A stretch of DNA of 61,919 bases, filler included, from Hausera hauseri (Eukaryota), in assembly GCA_046269625.1 (NCBI GenBank). It is 12 parts of 12 records of this genome, joined end to end, with 100 filler letters (N's around TTAATTAATTAA, not from the genome) between each part and the next. Parts side by side here need not be neighbours in the genome. Positions count along the whole stretch, not along the records: positions 9,668 to 13,610 come from JBJURY010868849.1; positions 13,711 to 19,757 come from JBJURY010148423.1; positions 19,858 to 24,661 come from JBJURY010429474.1; 9 more parts are not named here. One strand, given 5' to 3'. Numbering within the stretch: the stretch's first letter is position 1; each line of letters begins with the position of its first letter. Made by a program: the position numbers and the translations under genes. Shown here in pieces: positions 9,668 to 23,250 of the stretch. The notes below the pieces were generated by a model. That model searched no databases. It was not told the DNA's origin and saw only the letters and a program-made list of their open reading frames with translations.

Positions 9668-11960
9668 CATTGTTTTGCTTCGGATCAGCATGTCCTGTTT
9701 GAAACTGAGCACATATACCCTCATACAACCTCGACAATCCGTCTGCATTTCCACGATGTTCGCCCGTCCTATATTCTAGTGTAAAATTAAAATCGCATGT
9801 TTTCTAACCACTTCTGAAATTGTGGTGTTATTGCTTTGGTAGCAGTCTTAACATATACCAACGCCTTATGATCTGTTCTACCGTGAAGCGATTGCCATAC
9901 AGATACTGTTTAAAATGCAACATAAACTCGTGTAATGCCAACAGCTCCTTTCTTGTAACGCAGTAACCTTTCTCAAAAGATGAGATTGTTCTAGACTCAT
10001 ATGCTACTATCCTTTCTTCATTTCCTATTTATTGGCTGAGTGCTGCTAGGATTGCGCCAAACGATGCGTCTGTGTCCAAACTAAAATCATTCGATGGGTC
10101 CATGAAGGTTAATACTAGAGCTTCACATAGCTTCAGTTTCAACCGTTTGAAGCTTTCGTCACATTCTTTTGAACAAAGCAACTCTCTACAAGAACTCTTG
10201 CAAGCCTGATGCAACGGCGCCGCAGTGAGCGCGTAATTCTTGATAAACCTCCTGTAATAATTGACCAGACATAAAACACTCTCAATGACCGCATACAGTT
10301 TGGGACTGGACAATTCTGGATCTCTTTTGCTTTTAGTTGATTTGTTGACACTCCATGATTATTAATAGTAAGTCCGAGAAATATCAACTCCGAAACACCA
10401 AATATATTTTTTGGAATTTCCTTTTAGATTTGCATTTTTCAACCTTATCATCACCTATTCTAGTAATTTTCAATATTCCGAAATAGTCTGAGTAAATCAG
10501 CACGTCCTCCAAGTATATGACAACAGTCACAAATAGTAAAACTTCGAACAGTGTAATTATCAGTTGCTCAAAGGTTCCAGGAACCGTTGGGAGGCCAAGT
10601 TGTAGTCGGTTGAAACCATATTGTTGTGATTTCGTGCAAAATGTTGTTTTCTTTTGGGAGTCTTCATCTAATGTGACGTGATCATATGTCTTAACGATGT
10701 GTATACTTGGCAAATTCTTAAACCGCCTACCGCATCAAATAAAATCTGATTTGCCGCATTGCAAAGAAAATTTTCTTTGCTATTTCATTTAACTTCCTAA
10801 AATCCCAACAGATTCGGATTCCTCCGTATTTCTTTTGAGCGACCACTAAAGGCGAATTCTATTAACTTTTGCATTTCTGAATAATATCCGATTTGTCAAG
10901 GTCTTTCAAAAATTCTTCAATTTTATCTTGCAGATATACTAATTGTCTTCTACAATTTAAAAAAATTGGTCTACCCTCTGTTTCGATTCTGTTTTACCAC
11001 ATCCGTAAATGGTAAACCGTAATCATGTTTCATAAGCACCTCATCATAGCATTTTACAACTTTCACTAATTGATCTTCCACGATTTCCGGTTTTTCCATT
11101 CTTGTCATTGCTGCTATCTCTCGTTCGAGATCCACTAACGCCGGTTTTTATTAATTTCACACAAAATGCCTTTAAAATATCTACACCCCAACAGCTTCCG
11201 GTTTGATTGTTCAGTATTATGTACGTCAGCATCCCGCTCCACATTGACTTTTACCTTCCCAAAACAACCATCACTTCAAAAACGCTCCACTCAATATCAA
11301 AGAGCACTTAGTTAGCCTAGGTTGTCCTATCGCCTTCTAAATATTTTTACTGATTACTGACACACTGGCTCCACTATCCAACAACATTTCTATTCCACAC
11401 TTGTTCAATTTCACTTTACTTCACCACCGTCCGTCGTTCCCCACTAACATTGCTGCATCTCTATTTTGTAAATTTTCTACGTCAACTACACAGCAGATTA
11501 TTTCATGTTTAAAGTTTCCTGCATGTCGTCTTCATATAGCACTATTTCATCTCTATGGTCGTCATACATCTTTTCCACACACATCGGATTTACGTGTTGA
11601 AATTTGAACAGTTTCTAAATCCTTGTCCACTTCTCCACATATCAAACATAAGTTGTTTAAACGTCAGTTTCTTCCAACATACCCATGTTTTCCACAGCAA
11701 AACAAGTTCCTTTAGATAGCCCTACCTCTTTCGGCACTGGTAACTGTTTCAAACGGCAGTAGAGAACTTCGTGATATACAGAATGCGTTGGAAGTTGTCC
11801 TCCCATCTGTTATTGAAATGAAATGTGGTTTCTTGTCCTGAGCAATATCAATATTCATCGACCTCTTTTCAAACCTTTCTTTTCTCGAATATTCTGCTCC
11901 ACGGTTGAGTATTTTTATTTTATCATAAATAAAAATTTGTGCATCAACACATTTTGACTT
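9668..11960 (-). mobile_element. pol: Heavily decayed Ty3/Gypsy gag-pol (Zn knuckle, protease, RT, RNase H)
   Basis: CFCCGKHG; MLLDSGASVS; IYLEDVLIYS; NYYRRFIKNYA; LDTDAS; CVTRKELLA; NADGLSR. Confidence 0.9.
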
Positions 11961-12059
11961 ATAATTTTTTCATACACAAAGAAGTGTTTATCTTATTTTA
12001 AAAGTAAACTAAAATCTAACGGTTTAGAATTTTAACTAACGATTATTTCTATAATACAA

Positions 12060-13610
12060 ACATATGATAATGTTGCATTTGTAAGCCAAAGAAGCTGAAC
12101 ATCTTTCGTTTGAATGTTTACTTTACTCGAAAGGAAAATGCTACACCATGCTGGAGGGGAAAAGATAACCAGGATGGAATACATACAAAGTAAAAAGAAG
12201 GTATGGGGATAATCTGTACAGAAGACGGGAATTCGCAAAGGTAGACAAAGAAGAAACAGAATCGGAACAGGAGTCTGTTGCCCCAAAAGGCGGAGCCTCG
12301 ATAGAAGTGGAGCAAATCGGGTCACTACAATAGATTCAGTCTCCCAAAATATAGTAGCAGTATATCAAACAGTATAGACGGATCAAGAAAAAAGGGACAC
12401 GGAGATATGTTGATGGATAAAAGCACACACGGAAAAGTAAGGAAATTTATGAAAACGGCAAATTTCCAGGAAGTATCCTTCAACGGAATGGGGGAAAGTG
12501 GGAACGATACGCAGATCTTCACGCTAGACGAATTGTATATCGAACAAATATCATACATGAAGTTTAATGGACGAGCAGGAATCAAATTAAGGGTACAAGA
12601 CAGATGGAAGATTGCTTATTTGACACACGGAGCCAAGGTAAACATCATAAGCAAAAAGGTCTTGGATAAACTTTCAAACACACACATAGATAAATCAGAT
12701 ACCACACTACGATGCACGAACAATAGCCCCTTACATTGCCTGGGCACTTACAACTGACGTAGAAATCAAGGGTCTAAGGAGACGTGTGACATTTCTGGTA
12801 GTGTCGGAAATATGACCAGAAATAATAGGTGGTGTGGACCTGCAAAAGGCGTTCGGAATAGAACTGGGGTGGAAACGCGGGGAAATGGAAACGTTACAGC
12901 AAGATATATGCAACCTCGAAGCCAAGTTCGGCCGTAAGGTGAGTAACCAAGAATGAATCAATAGGGCGAAGGAAGCTATTCAGGTGAGTGACAACAAAGA
13001 GTTACTCAACATTATACAGAAATACCCAGAAGTATTCATAGCCGACAAGTGGGACATAGGGTGTACATCTCTCATCAAACACCGAATAGACACGACAGGA
13101 GCGCCGATTAATATCAAACCTCAGAGGCAACCAGTAAACCTAGAAAGAAAGATCGACGAGACCATCCGAAACCTATTGGAAAACGCAATTATCAAGCCAT
13201 ATAACTAAGAATGGAATACACCAATGATATGCGTATGGAAGAAAGACAATAACGATGTCAGAATATGCCTGGACTTCAGAAAACTGAATCTTATAACGGA
13301 ACGGCAGGCCTTTACCATGCCTAACGTAATAGAGATATTGGACAGGTTATACGGGACAATGCTTTTCACGTCAATCGACCTAGGGAATGCATACTACCAA
13401 GTCGAGTTAGAGGAAGACTCCAAATTGAAGACGGTGTTTTCAACCAAATTTGGACAGTTCTGTTTCAACAGGATGCCATTCGGCATAGCAGCAGCTCCCG
13501 GCACCTTCCAAGAGCTAATGAATAAAGTACTATGGGATATTGAACAAACAGTGGTATACCTAGATGATATACTAATCTTCTCTAAGACTCTAGAAGAGCA
13601 TTATAGGATA
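12060..13610 (+). mobile_element. pol: Second Ty3/Gypsy gag-pol fragment (protease and RT), head-to-head with the first
   Basis: HRIDTTGAPINIKP; RICLDFRKLN; SIDLGNAYYQV; RMPFGIAAAPGTFQ; YLDDILIFS. Confidence 0.93.
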
Positions 13611-13909
13611 NNNNNNNNNNNNNNNNNNNNNNNNNNNNNNNNNNNNNNNNNNNNTTAATTAATTAANNNNNNNNNNNNNNNNNNNNNNNNNNNNNNNNNN
13701 NNNNNNNNNNCATTGTTTTTTCAAGAATGTCTACATCTTTGTATTGACTATATTTCATGCAAATAAATGTATTTCTGTTTCTTTCTTTCCGTAAATAAGG
13801 TCCGCGACATGTTTAGCCGTATTGGTCCGTTGAATAGTTCAAAAACTATAAATACGAGTAGGTTATAGTAATAATAACAATCATCAAAATAGTTAATCAA
13901 CTAAAGCAA

Positions 13910-14328
13910 TTGCAAAATTTTGATGGATTATCAATTTCAGACTTAGTACGATGGAGGAAAGTATTTAATAGTGAATTGGTAGCGACAGTAGGTGATTTTA
14001 GATTTAAAGAATGTTTACGGTCAATAGCATTAATGAGAGCAGCAAATTGTAGCTCTATAGAAAATTTAATTATTGTGTTAAATCAAATGTCACCGATTGT
14101 ATGACACAAATTACTTTAATATTGTTGAAAAGGTACGCGGTGAATTAACGAACTTGAAAGAGAAAATAATGGAATGTCAGTTTGTATGTACTATGTAAAC
14201 AAAGAAAAGTGGATACGGTATTCTTAATGTGCGGCCATGTCGTTTGTTAAATGTGTTCCACCAAAGTAACCAACCAATGTCCAGAATGTAAATGTGCTAT
14301 AATGGAAATTGTACACATTTATTACTAA
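13910..14328 (+). pseudogene. Coiled-coil + C-terminal C3HC4 RING finger (IAP/Mdm2-type) E3 ligase
   Basis: Manual translation 14170-14328: MECQ.C...VDTVFLMCGHVVC*MCSTKVTNQCPECKCAIMEIVHIYY*. Confidence 0.8.
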
Positions 14329-14440
14329 TGACTTCTTCAATAACGGAACGAAGCAGTTTCATGGACTTCAATGATGTGGAGGTAATTTGTATCATTGTGA
14401 TATGAGACAATACTAACAAAGTAAATATCTATTGTTTACA

Positions 14441-14983
14441 ATGAAAACAAACCGATATGAACAAATTTGCTATAAATATGGATGCAATTTCATTTTACAT
14501 TTGCCCTATTTAAAAAATGTCTTTGGAAAACAATTCAGCAGATGACAGTTCCGCGATTCTCCCAAAATTCCAAGGTACAGCGAATATTCGCTCATAAATT
14601 TCCGGTTGTATAGTGGATACAACTTACATTATCTGCGCAACGCTATTCAATTGCCTTTGACGCAAACGGTCAAAATCAAACCGATGAAATATGGTTTATT
14701 GGTGAAAAAGATCAGCGACTATGATTTGGATACAATGGAAGACACAATTAGAAAAGTTGGCGGTGATTTGATGTTGCGTAACGATATCCGGGACACATCT
14801 CCAATTTTTCTTAAAGGAAATGTGACGAAAATTGTTAGTTCCTATGGCGGAGAAACAGCAGAGGCAACAGTTTTGCCACCGGAAGTAGCTAAAGGCTACC
14901 TGACACTGAAGCTCAAAGGATTCAAAGAAAGGAGCCGCGTCATATCCTCAGTATGGAAAATGGGGAAGTTTACTATGATTTAA
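14441..14983 (+). pseudogene. Polinton hypothetical protein, possibly OB-fold ssDNA-binding protein
   Basis: 125-aa ORF 14606-14983 convergent with pPolB; beta-rich C-terminus GYLTLKLKGFKERSRVISSVWKM, similar to 1825-2058. Confidence 0.4.
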
Positions 14984-15299
14984 CTGACTTACTTTGTGTG
15001 TTTTGTGATTTTAGTTTTTCTCCGATCAATAGATAAATGTATTCGTGTTACGTATTTTGTTTATTCGTACAAGGTTATTGTTTTACTTTTACGTCTATCT
15101 TACTTAAGAATAATAGGTTAAGGAAGTAACCGAAAACAAAACACAAAAGACACTGAACAAAGTACATTATAAACATTGAAATAGAACAATGTATAAAAGA
15201 TAATCATTGTCAATAATTGTCACAATATCCAGACCAGACTGAATTGCCTGTATCTGATCTGATCTGATCTGACACCATCCAACGTGTTTTATTTCAACC

Positions 15300-18200
15300 T
15301 CAAATGTCCATACGCCCAACTCTTATTTCGCTCCACCCACTTTCGTTTATCACTGTTACATGAAAAGCGACTTTCTCACTAATTATTTTATACAGCTGGT
15401 GCGCAATTGATTGGATGATCGTTTGAGATACAATAACCACTGATTGTCCTCCTTCTGCTGCTGCTGCTTCACATATACGGCGATAATCACCGTGGCCGAT
15501 TTCTATCTGTCCCAGCTGAACTCTTTTTGCCCGCATTTTCGGTCCACAGACCTTCAGAAGACTGTAGCACTTTTGGCGTAGGAATATCTATTCCCGTTAC
15601 CGGATACGACCTTAACTTTCATCCTTGAAGCAGCCGATTTTATTGGTGATCGCGCTGCTGTACAACAGATGATCCGGTGGGTAGTTGGACGTGTCCAGTA
15701 ATCCATCTGACTTCATTTGCTGCAACAGCTGTTCGCAATTGACGTTTTCAGCCGCAGGAAAAAACTTTCTGTGTCACCAGCAATTATGTCAATATTGCAG
15801 CCGTCAAACACTTGCCGGTAACGTGCCAAGTCGTGATACTGCAGCTCATACGTCAACAACTTGCTCATGTCCAATACCACTTATTCAGTGTAACTTAGCC
15901 GGTCCAGAACGACTTCTTCCTTGTTTGGCAGCACCGCATCCAATCCATTGGCAATGTACATTGACACCGAAACTGTGCCTTGCTGGTATACGTAACCAGC
16001 GGCTTTTTTGAGTTACATAGGCACATATTGAGCCGCTTTTCCACATTATGCACTGTTTTTCCGTACATGGAATTGTTTTTCAGCTTGTAGTAGTCCTTTT
16101 TGAACTTTATACAAACTGCGGCTCATTTCTCCTAATTTCCATCTATGTACGCCTTGAATATGGGAGCCTGAACAAATCAGATTGCACGATGCAGCTGTGT
16201 GACGCGTACACCGAGCTGCATGTGGAACTGTAGCAGACGCCAAGGGACCACATAATTCAGCTTTAGTTCATGCGTCATGAGCAGTTTCTTCACTTTTGAG
16301 CCTGACGGACACTGATTAAATGGTGCGACCGGTAATTCGTCCAAAACGTCATGCAGCTCATCTGGTATCTGGAGATCGACCTCCATCAGGCCTTCGACTG
16401 AACCTGCCATGTCTGCTCGTGGTAGGTTGATCATTATATCGTCCAGGTCTTGTCTGTCGACTACCCATTCAAATGAATCATACGGCAAGGGTTTTGAAAG
16501 CGCCCAGCCGTACAGGTTATTAATATCAATATAAAGCAATGATGTGATATCGGTAGCACTGATCTGATGTTTGTTGACAAATGTCATGCTGTCGCGAATA
16601 CCAAAAATCAACATTCGGTACATTTCCGGGTCCTGCAGCAGCTCAATGTCTCAATTCAGTGACATTAGATCTGACATCCAACTCATCCCCAGTGTGGAAT
16701 GAAACTGAATGGCTCCAACCTATCTTCCGACAGCGCTTTGGTCCAAAATGCTTCGAACACGTCGCCTAATAAGTACACGTCCAGTTTAAGATACTGGAGC
16801 ATGTAATCCAACATGTTTCTACAGCCCAATTCTCTCCAAGATTCTTCTGCTCTCGGATATTAATCTTCTGCGATACCTGTCCATCGTGGTGGTAATTCCT
16901 CTGCTGTCTGGAGTCGCTCATATGATGTTGCAAAGTCATATGGGAATATGCCTTTGCTGCGTTCAATATGTGCAGTGAACTGCGTCAGTGTTATCGGCAC
17001 ATCTGGTAAGGCATTTACCAGCTTTGCCAATGATTCATTGAGAAATTGCAATGAATCAAGGAAGCGCACTTTGAATTAGTTTACTCGTGTCGACAGCGAT
17101 AGGTATTTCTCCATTGCCGTTGGGATTATGGACAATTCCCAGTGAGGAAAGCCGTTAATGGCCCGTTTGAGAATATGGTGACAGTCATGACCTCGGAAAT
17201 TATGAAAGATCACCGGCAGGAATGGTTGCACTCGCCTTGCTAAATTGCGTGAATTGCACGCTGCTCCAAAGTATCGACCGGTGAAATTGTCATGATCCGG
17301 TACGAGCCGTTCCTGTAAATCAAACGGTATTATTTTTTGTCACAGGTAGCATTCATCGGTGACAGCGAAAAGCAACGGTTGATATTCGTCTGCCAAAATC
17401 AATGCCTTGTTGCAATTGTTGCGATAACACGGCGCGATTTCCGTTTCCACTATGGTTTCCAACTGCTGCAAGAAATCACGTACACAGTTCCAGCCATGGA
17501 AAACGTAATATTGCAGTTGTCCGGCGGCTTCTATTGGTACTAGCAACATACCGACGACGATTGGAACGTGCTTTTGATCGTATGTATTGTGCTGTGGTAG
17601 AATTGCTTCGATATCGGCATACACCACATGTACCGGACTGTCCGTTTTAGGCCAGTAACTGAATCTGAGCTCCTCTTTGACGGGCATGACGTACATTGTT
17701 GTCCCTGATGCGTTTTGCGTGCATAACGTGACATATTTCTCCCATGTTGTTTCAGATCTGAATCCATGCAGACATACAGCACATCATTTGAATCGTATTC
17801 GCTTTTTGATGAAATGGTCATGCTCCATATTCAACAGTCTAGATTTGTCAGTTCCACGTAATGAAATTTTTCGGACTGCTGCAACAGCAACAAATTTACC
17901 GAGCGTCCATTCGGGTTCCGTCTGCGATAAAATATGTCAACATGGGGGTTCTTATAAATTTCTTCGTCTTCCGGTATTTTAATTATTTTGTTCCACCTGA
18001 AAATGTTGACTGACAGCGTCGGATTACACTGTTCAAAAGCCGGAATGGTTTTCAGTTTCATCAGCATCTAGTATTCATCAAATTGAAATTCGGAAAAATA
18101 CTGCCGATACTGATTTGGACGATTTGCATGATATATGTTCACTTCGCTGTACTTCAATACAACCAGAATACTGTACAGAAAACAGTATTCATCATCACTA

Positions 18201-18775
18201 TTTTGTACATTAACTACCGCCAGAGACTGCTTTAGAGATTCAGGTGTCGGTATGAATGACGGTCCAAACAAATACACCATGTCACTCGACTTGCTTATGA
18301 TAAAGCCGAGTGTGACAAATCATATAATTCGCCATCCACTACCCTTTTCGGTATAGTTGGCGATTTTCTCATCTAACTTTTTGTCTACATTGGCAATAAA
18401 ATCTTCCGAATACGGTACGGCTAGATGTGACATGTATCACTGTTTCCTGTCACATTCAACGTTCTCAAATTCTGCAAGTGCGAAATATTGCACTTTGCAG
18501 TTGTTGGGTTTGAATTTCTACATCTCTAATTCCCACCGGCTGCGCACACTGGACGGAACATGCCTCATTTATAGTGTTGTTGTCCCCGACATGTTTACTT
18601 TCACGTCCATGTACGATTTGTTTAGATCGTACTTGACAGTAATGGAAGGTTCCTGCTGTTGCATCTGCTGCTGCTGCTGCTGTTCGGTACTGTTTCGGAT
18701 GTATTCGTCAAGATTTATGGATGCTTTACGTTTCCTGCTTGTTGAGGGGATACTGGTTTTTCTTGTCGCCATCAC
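15300..18775 (-). pseudogene. Protein-primed family B DNA polymerase (pPolB) with endonuclease-VII-like insertion
   Basis: VNVQNSDDEYCFLYSIL; ExoI YADIEA; DHDNFTGRYFGAACNSRNL (EndoVII); FHNFRGHD; RFLDSLQFL; KGIFPYD; YIDINNLYGWALSKPLP; LDTSNYP; GCFKDE; many frameshifts. Confidence 0.95.
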
Positions 18776-19362
18776 TATTTCCTTTCTGAACTGCTAAAAG
18801 TGGTTCAAGTGGTCCTTGTGTTGGTTATAAAATTGTTCATAGTTGATTTCATCAACTATAGAACAATAACCGGGACAAACGTATGCCCGTTTACCGTGCA
18901 CCGTTGTGTGCTATAGTACTGCTCCATTACACTATGGCAACCATCAACGTAATGCACTGTATTACTACAGAATCGCGGATATGTGGGGCAATGCACAATC
19001 ATCAATCAATGCACAAACAGGTCAAGATGATGATTGTGCGTGGCATAAAAGTCTGGGTATGGACAAGGAGCCGAAATACTACCGCATTTGGGCAAAAATA
19101 TGAGTCCGTGCCAATGGAATAATATTTAGCCTTCTGCTAATGGCACTGTTCCTGCTTTACATGTATGCGCGAGACACAATAAATGGGATAATTAGTACAC
19201 TTCTGAATGGGACACAAAATAAAATAAATGTTTTATATTAAGTTATAAATACTATAAATTGAATATGACAACATATTTGTCGGTCTTTAGAAAAAAAAGT
19301 CGCTATATTCCATTATAAACAATTATTCTAAACGCTGCAACAACAATAACGACTAAAATCAC

Positions 19363-19602
19363 ATGAAACAGTACATTGAAAGCGATATTAAGAAATTGAT
19401 TGATGACATTTTGACTGGCCATGTGTTTGATGTTCATGTTTTGTGTGAGCTCGCAGAAACCAGAATAATTAGTTGACGGGAATATATTGAATTAATTGTC
19501 AAATCTCTATTTATACAACGTATCAAAGATGAAATGAAACGAAAACGGCAACAGCAACGATGGATTAACTTCCTCGTTGGACTTGTATTTTCTGTATTGT
19601 AA
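19363..19602 (+). pseudogene. Small hypothetical protein with basic stretch and C-terminal hydrophobic tail (internal TGA)
   Basis: MKQYIESDIKKLIDDIL...IIS*REYIEL...MKRKRQQQRWINFLVGLVFSVL*. Confidence 0.35.
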
Positions 19603-19857
19603 TGAGAAAGTTGACTGACCGTATTTAATTACATTTGTACATATTTTGTTGCATTTGTTTTCGCAAATCAACATAATTTATTTCACACGTCTTTCTTGTT
19701 ACATTTCAGTACAAATACTTGTGCATCGTTACGGGATGACATTACGACATATCCCATNNNNNNNNNNNNNNNNNNNNNNNNNNNNNNNNNNNNNNNNNNN
19801 NTTAATTAATTAANNNNNNNNNNNNNNNNNNNNNNNNNNNNNNNNNNNNNNNNNNNN

Positions 19858-21040
19858 TTTAAATACAACTACTTTTATAGAAACGTCTAAAGTGATTAAT
19901 TATAGTAGATCTATACCGTCTACTATGGGTAATAGTTCTTTAAGTACTTCTGAATCGACCTTCGTCAAATCGACAGTACCGAATAACGTAAAGTCGGTTC
20001 ATTCTTCAATCCTGACATGTGAAAGTGAGCCAACGAAATCAACTAACCATACATTAGTAATACCGTCACATATGGATGATATTTCTTTCAGTTCACCTAT
20101 ATCGTATTTTTCAAAATCGTCTATTACGAGTAATATTGCATCAGCTGAATAATCCGAACGGGCTGACAGTAGTACTCTAACAGAGGTACCAAATGTGTAT
20201 GGAACGTCGACATCTGTACCAAACCAGACACAAAGTATTATATTGAGTAGTATTGCATCAGTTCATCCTTTAACCAAAACCGCTGAAACACGATCTTCTA
20301 ATATTACTAAAGACTGTACATCTACTCCATCAAATCTAATTAACACGTCATCTAGTAGTTCTTTATCGACATCCTCGAAATCGACCATGTCGCATAACCT
20401 TACATCCTTTTGGCCTTCACACTCGTCAAAAATGACTAGCGGTAGTACTCCTACACAGTCTTATGTGAGTAATGGTCCTTTGACTACATTTTTATCGCAT
20501 GTTTCGACACCGTTAAGTCTGGATAACTTCACCTCAATTCAGCCCTCTACAACGCGACTTCAAACGAGATTGTCACTATCGCCTAATAGGAGTTCTCTGA
20601 TATTATCACACGAAAGCTATAACTTTACGCCATCATCTAAACCAAGCCAAACAGTATGGAAGGTACTAAGTATGTTTACAATAGTTCAGTCTTCCAAGAC
20701 GGCTGTTGCGACTGAATTATCGGACATGTTTAACAGTAGTGCTCTCATGAATATACATATTAATAATGGTTCAGCAAGAACCCCTATATCGACCTTGTCC
20801 AAATCGACTGTATTCGATAATATTACAACAACATATGAGGCATATGGATCTCTGAATACATCTATTATGAGCGCCGATACATCAGTACATCCGTCAATCA
20901 CGACTCCTCTTACAGAATCGTCAAAATCTGTTTACGACAGTACATATATAGGTATTGGTTCTACGCGTACATCTGCATTGAATTTCTCTTCATTTATCAA
21001 GTCCTCAGACACAATGCTTCCAACCGAAACTTTAAAATCC
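19858..21040 (+). pseudogene. Ser/Thr-rich mucin-like coding sequence (probable host exon), one in-frame TAA at 20150-20152
   Basis: ORF 19892-20152 and the first 280 aa of 20195-22366 share a frame; internal diverged repeats (STxxKSTxxxN; SVHPxxT). Confidence 0.6.
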
Positions 21041-23250
21041 TGCACTCTGAATTTTGGTGCCAGACCTGCCGGGGCGGAGGTCCCGACCGCCAACCCTGCG
21101 CCGGTCGGTCGGGGGGCACCTTCGATGTCGACCCTAAATCACGCCCCCAGGCACACCACTACCTCCACCTCCATTCTCTTTTTTTATAACAACATTCACA
21201 TATATACCCTCCATACTACACACCCGCATATCCCCATCTTTCAAACCAAACTTTCTTCTATCCTTGGTTCTTCTGACTTCTATCTTAGCCATCACATTAT
21301 TATCATACACCTCAGCGAAACTTTACCTTCCTTTTTAAATCACGCTTGGTTCAACATATATCTCCATATCCGTGGTGGAATGAATTCCCCATCAACTATC
21401 GACACCACGGATACAACCACCATAAAAAAGCCAATACCCATTCTCTACCACTCCAAACCAAACCCTCCACTTTCTTCCATCGATGCAAATCCCCATAAAA
21501 ATCCTACCCATACTCCACACTGCACTGAATACTTCATAGATAATGAAAAGTCCAGTAAAACCTGGCTTTACTTTCATCAACTGTGGTTACAGTCTAATGG
21601 TATCACAGATTCTTTATCTAAAGCCCACAGCCTACTCTATCTTCTCCCAAATTCCATAAAAGCCTCAATACATAACTTGTTAGACATTTTTCAGCACCCC
21701 GACCCTTACACCCAACTATTCGACGCTGTATTAAAACAGACCGAACCTTCCATTGACTCCATAATGCAGCGTTTCTTTAACGAAAATGCAATGGGCACAC
21801 AAAAACCCAGTGACTTCTTACGCACCTCATTAGCACACTTGCGTAATTTTGGAGTAACTAAGGAACATAACCCGGATCTTTTACGCCATTATTTTCTGAA
21901 TGCCCTACTTATCCAAATCCGGGCCCTTCTTACCGTGGTGGAAGACTTCACGCAGCTTGAAAAATTGGCCGAATTGGCCGATAGGACATACGATGTCCTA
22001 CACATAAATTCACAACCAGTAGTTTCAGCAGCAGCTGTTGCTAACGACATAGAAACAACTAACACACCCATAGAACAGCAGCTTAATCAGCTACGAGCTG
22101 AAAATATTGCATTGCAGGCAACTATCAACAACATAAATAATAAATTAAATGAATTGTCTTTGTCCCGACGAGGGGGTTTTGCCGCTTTCCGTACCCGTTC
22201 TACGTCACGAAACCGCTCACCATCGCCTAAGCGTTCGTCGATCTGCTACTACCACAGCAGATTCAACACAAATGCTCAGAAATGCTGCCTGAGTTGCCAA
22301 TTTTATAACCAGAAGTTTTTCTCGGACACCGTTGTTTGCATTTATCACGCGAGATTCAAAAATTAAGCACGTAAATGTATCCCTGGCTGTACCTTCAAAT
22401 CCAACACGAACGAAGGACGTACTGCCTTCATTTCTCACAGTCGTCCCACTTCATCTTTCGAAAAAAATAAACTTCGCCGCCAGAGGTCACGGCAAACTCT
22501 GGCAAAGGCACGCTTTCACATTCTGACCGCCGACACATCTCTTTCGCAGTCTTTACTCTAAAGGCTGCAATCACTGCCCCTTCAACTCAATCTCTAAACT
22601 TCCTTATTGATACAGGGGCCGCAATTTCTCTATTACCGCAAACCTTTCTTACACAAAACTCTCCATTCAAACTTAAGCCTTTATATACTGATTCAGGCCA
22701 GCTGCTGTACATCTCGGGCACAGCTGCATTATCTTTTACCTTGCCTGCTTTCTCTGCGTTTTTCCGCTGGACGTTCACAGTCGCTAACGTCCAGTCGGCA
22801 ATCCTAGAATCTGACTTTCTTTCACATTATAATCTACTGGTTGACTGCAGCCAGCGATGTTTGAGGAAAGGCACCGTTGGCGACATTTCTGGTCATGTAA
22901 ATAGCGTTTCGACTACCGCGCAGTCGACTGTGGGGCGGAAGTCAATCTTAAAAACGTCTGTGAATAATTCGATTTTTTATAATAATTCGAATTTTCATAG
23001 TAATTCAATTCGGAAATTTTTAAACAATAACACTGATATAAGATCGAGATTTGATGTCGATAAGTGTGGTACTGCCACCAACGCTAACTCATTCGACGAA
23101 AATAGCTCAGTCAACACCATTTTCAATTCAACCATCTTACACCAAATACCACTTGACTGCACGTCACATAACCACACACATCGCATCCGCTACTTCTCAA
23201 ACCGTTTCATCACTTTCACCGAATCTCTCACAGCCACCTACAAAATAACT
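21041..23250 (+). mobile_element. gag: Truncated Ty3/Gypsy element: leader, gag (DUF7041-like, two CxxHxxF..A..C...C knuckles) and protease
   Basis: WL...WLQSNGITD..KAH.LL.LLP; KPSDFLR; LAELAD; CYYHSRF..AQKCCLSC and CIYHARF..*ARKCIPGC; FLIDTGAAISLLP; ILESDFLSHYNLLVD. Confidence 0.9.
22462..22503 (+). promoter_or_regulatory. Mutated gag-pol -1 ribosomal frameshift signal
   Basis: A AAA AAT in the gag frame, 7-nt spacer, then GCCG/CGGC and CCAGAG/CTCTGG pairings; pol is in the -1 frame. Confidence 0.6.

Larger units (their letters stand above)
13711..19757. mobile_element. Decayed Polinton/Maverick replication region, contig D
   Basis: Near-full-length pPolB pseudogene flanked by small intronless ORFs (RING, SSB-like, hypothetical). 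Confidence 0.88.
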
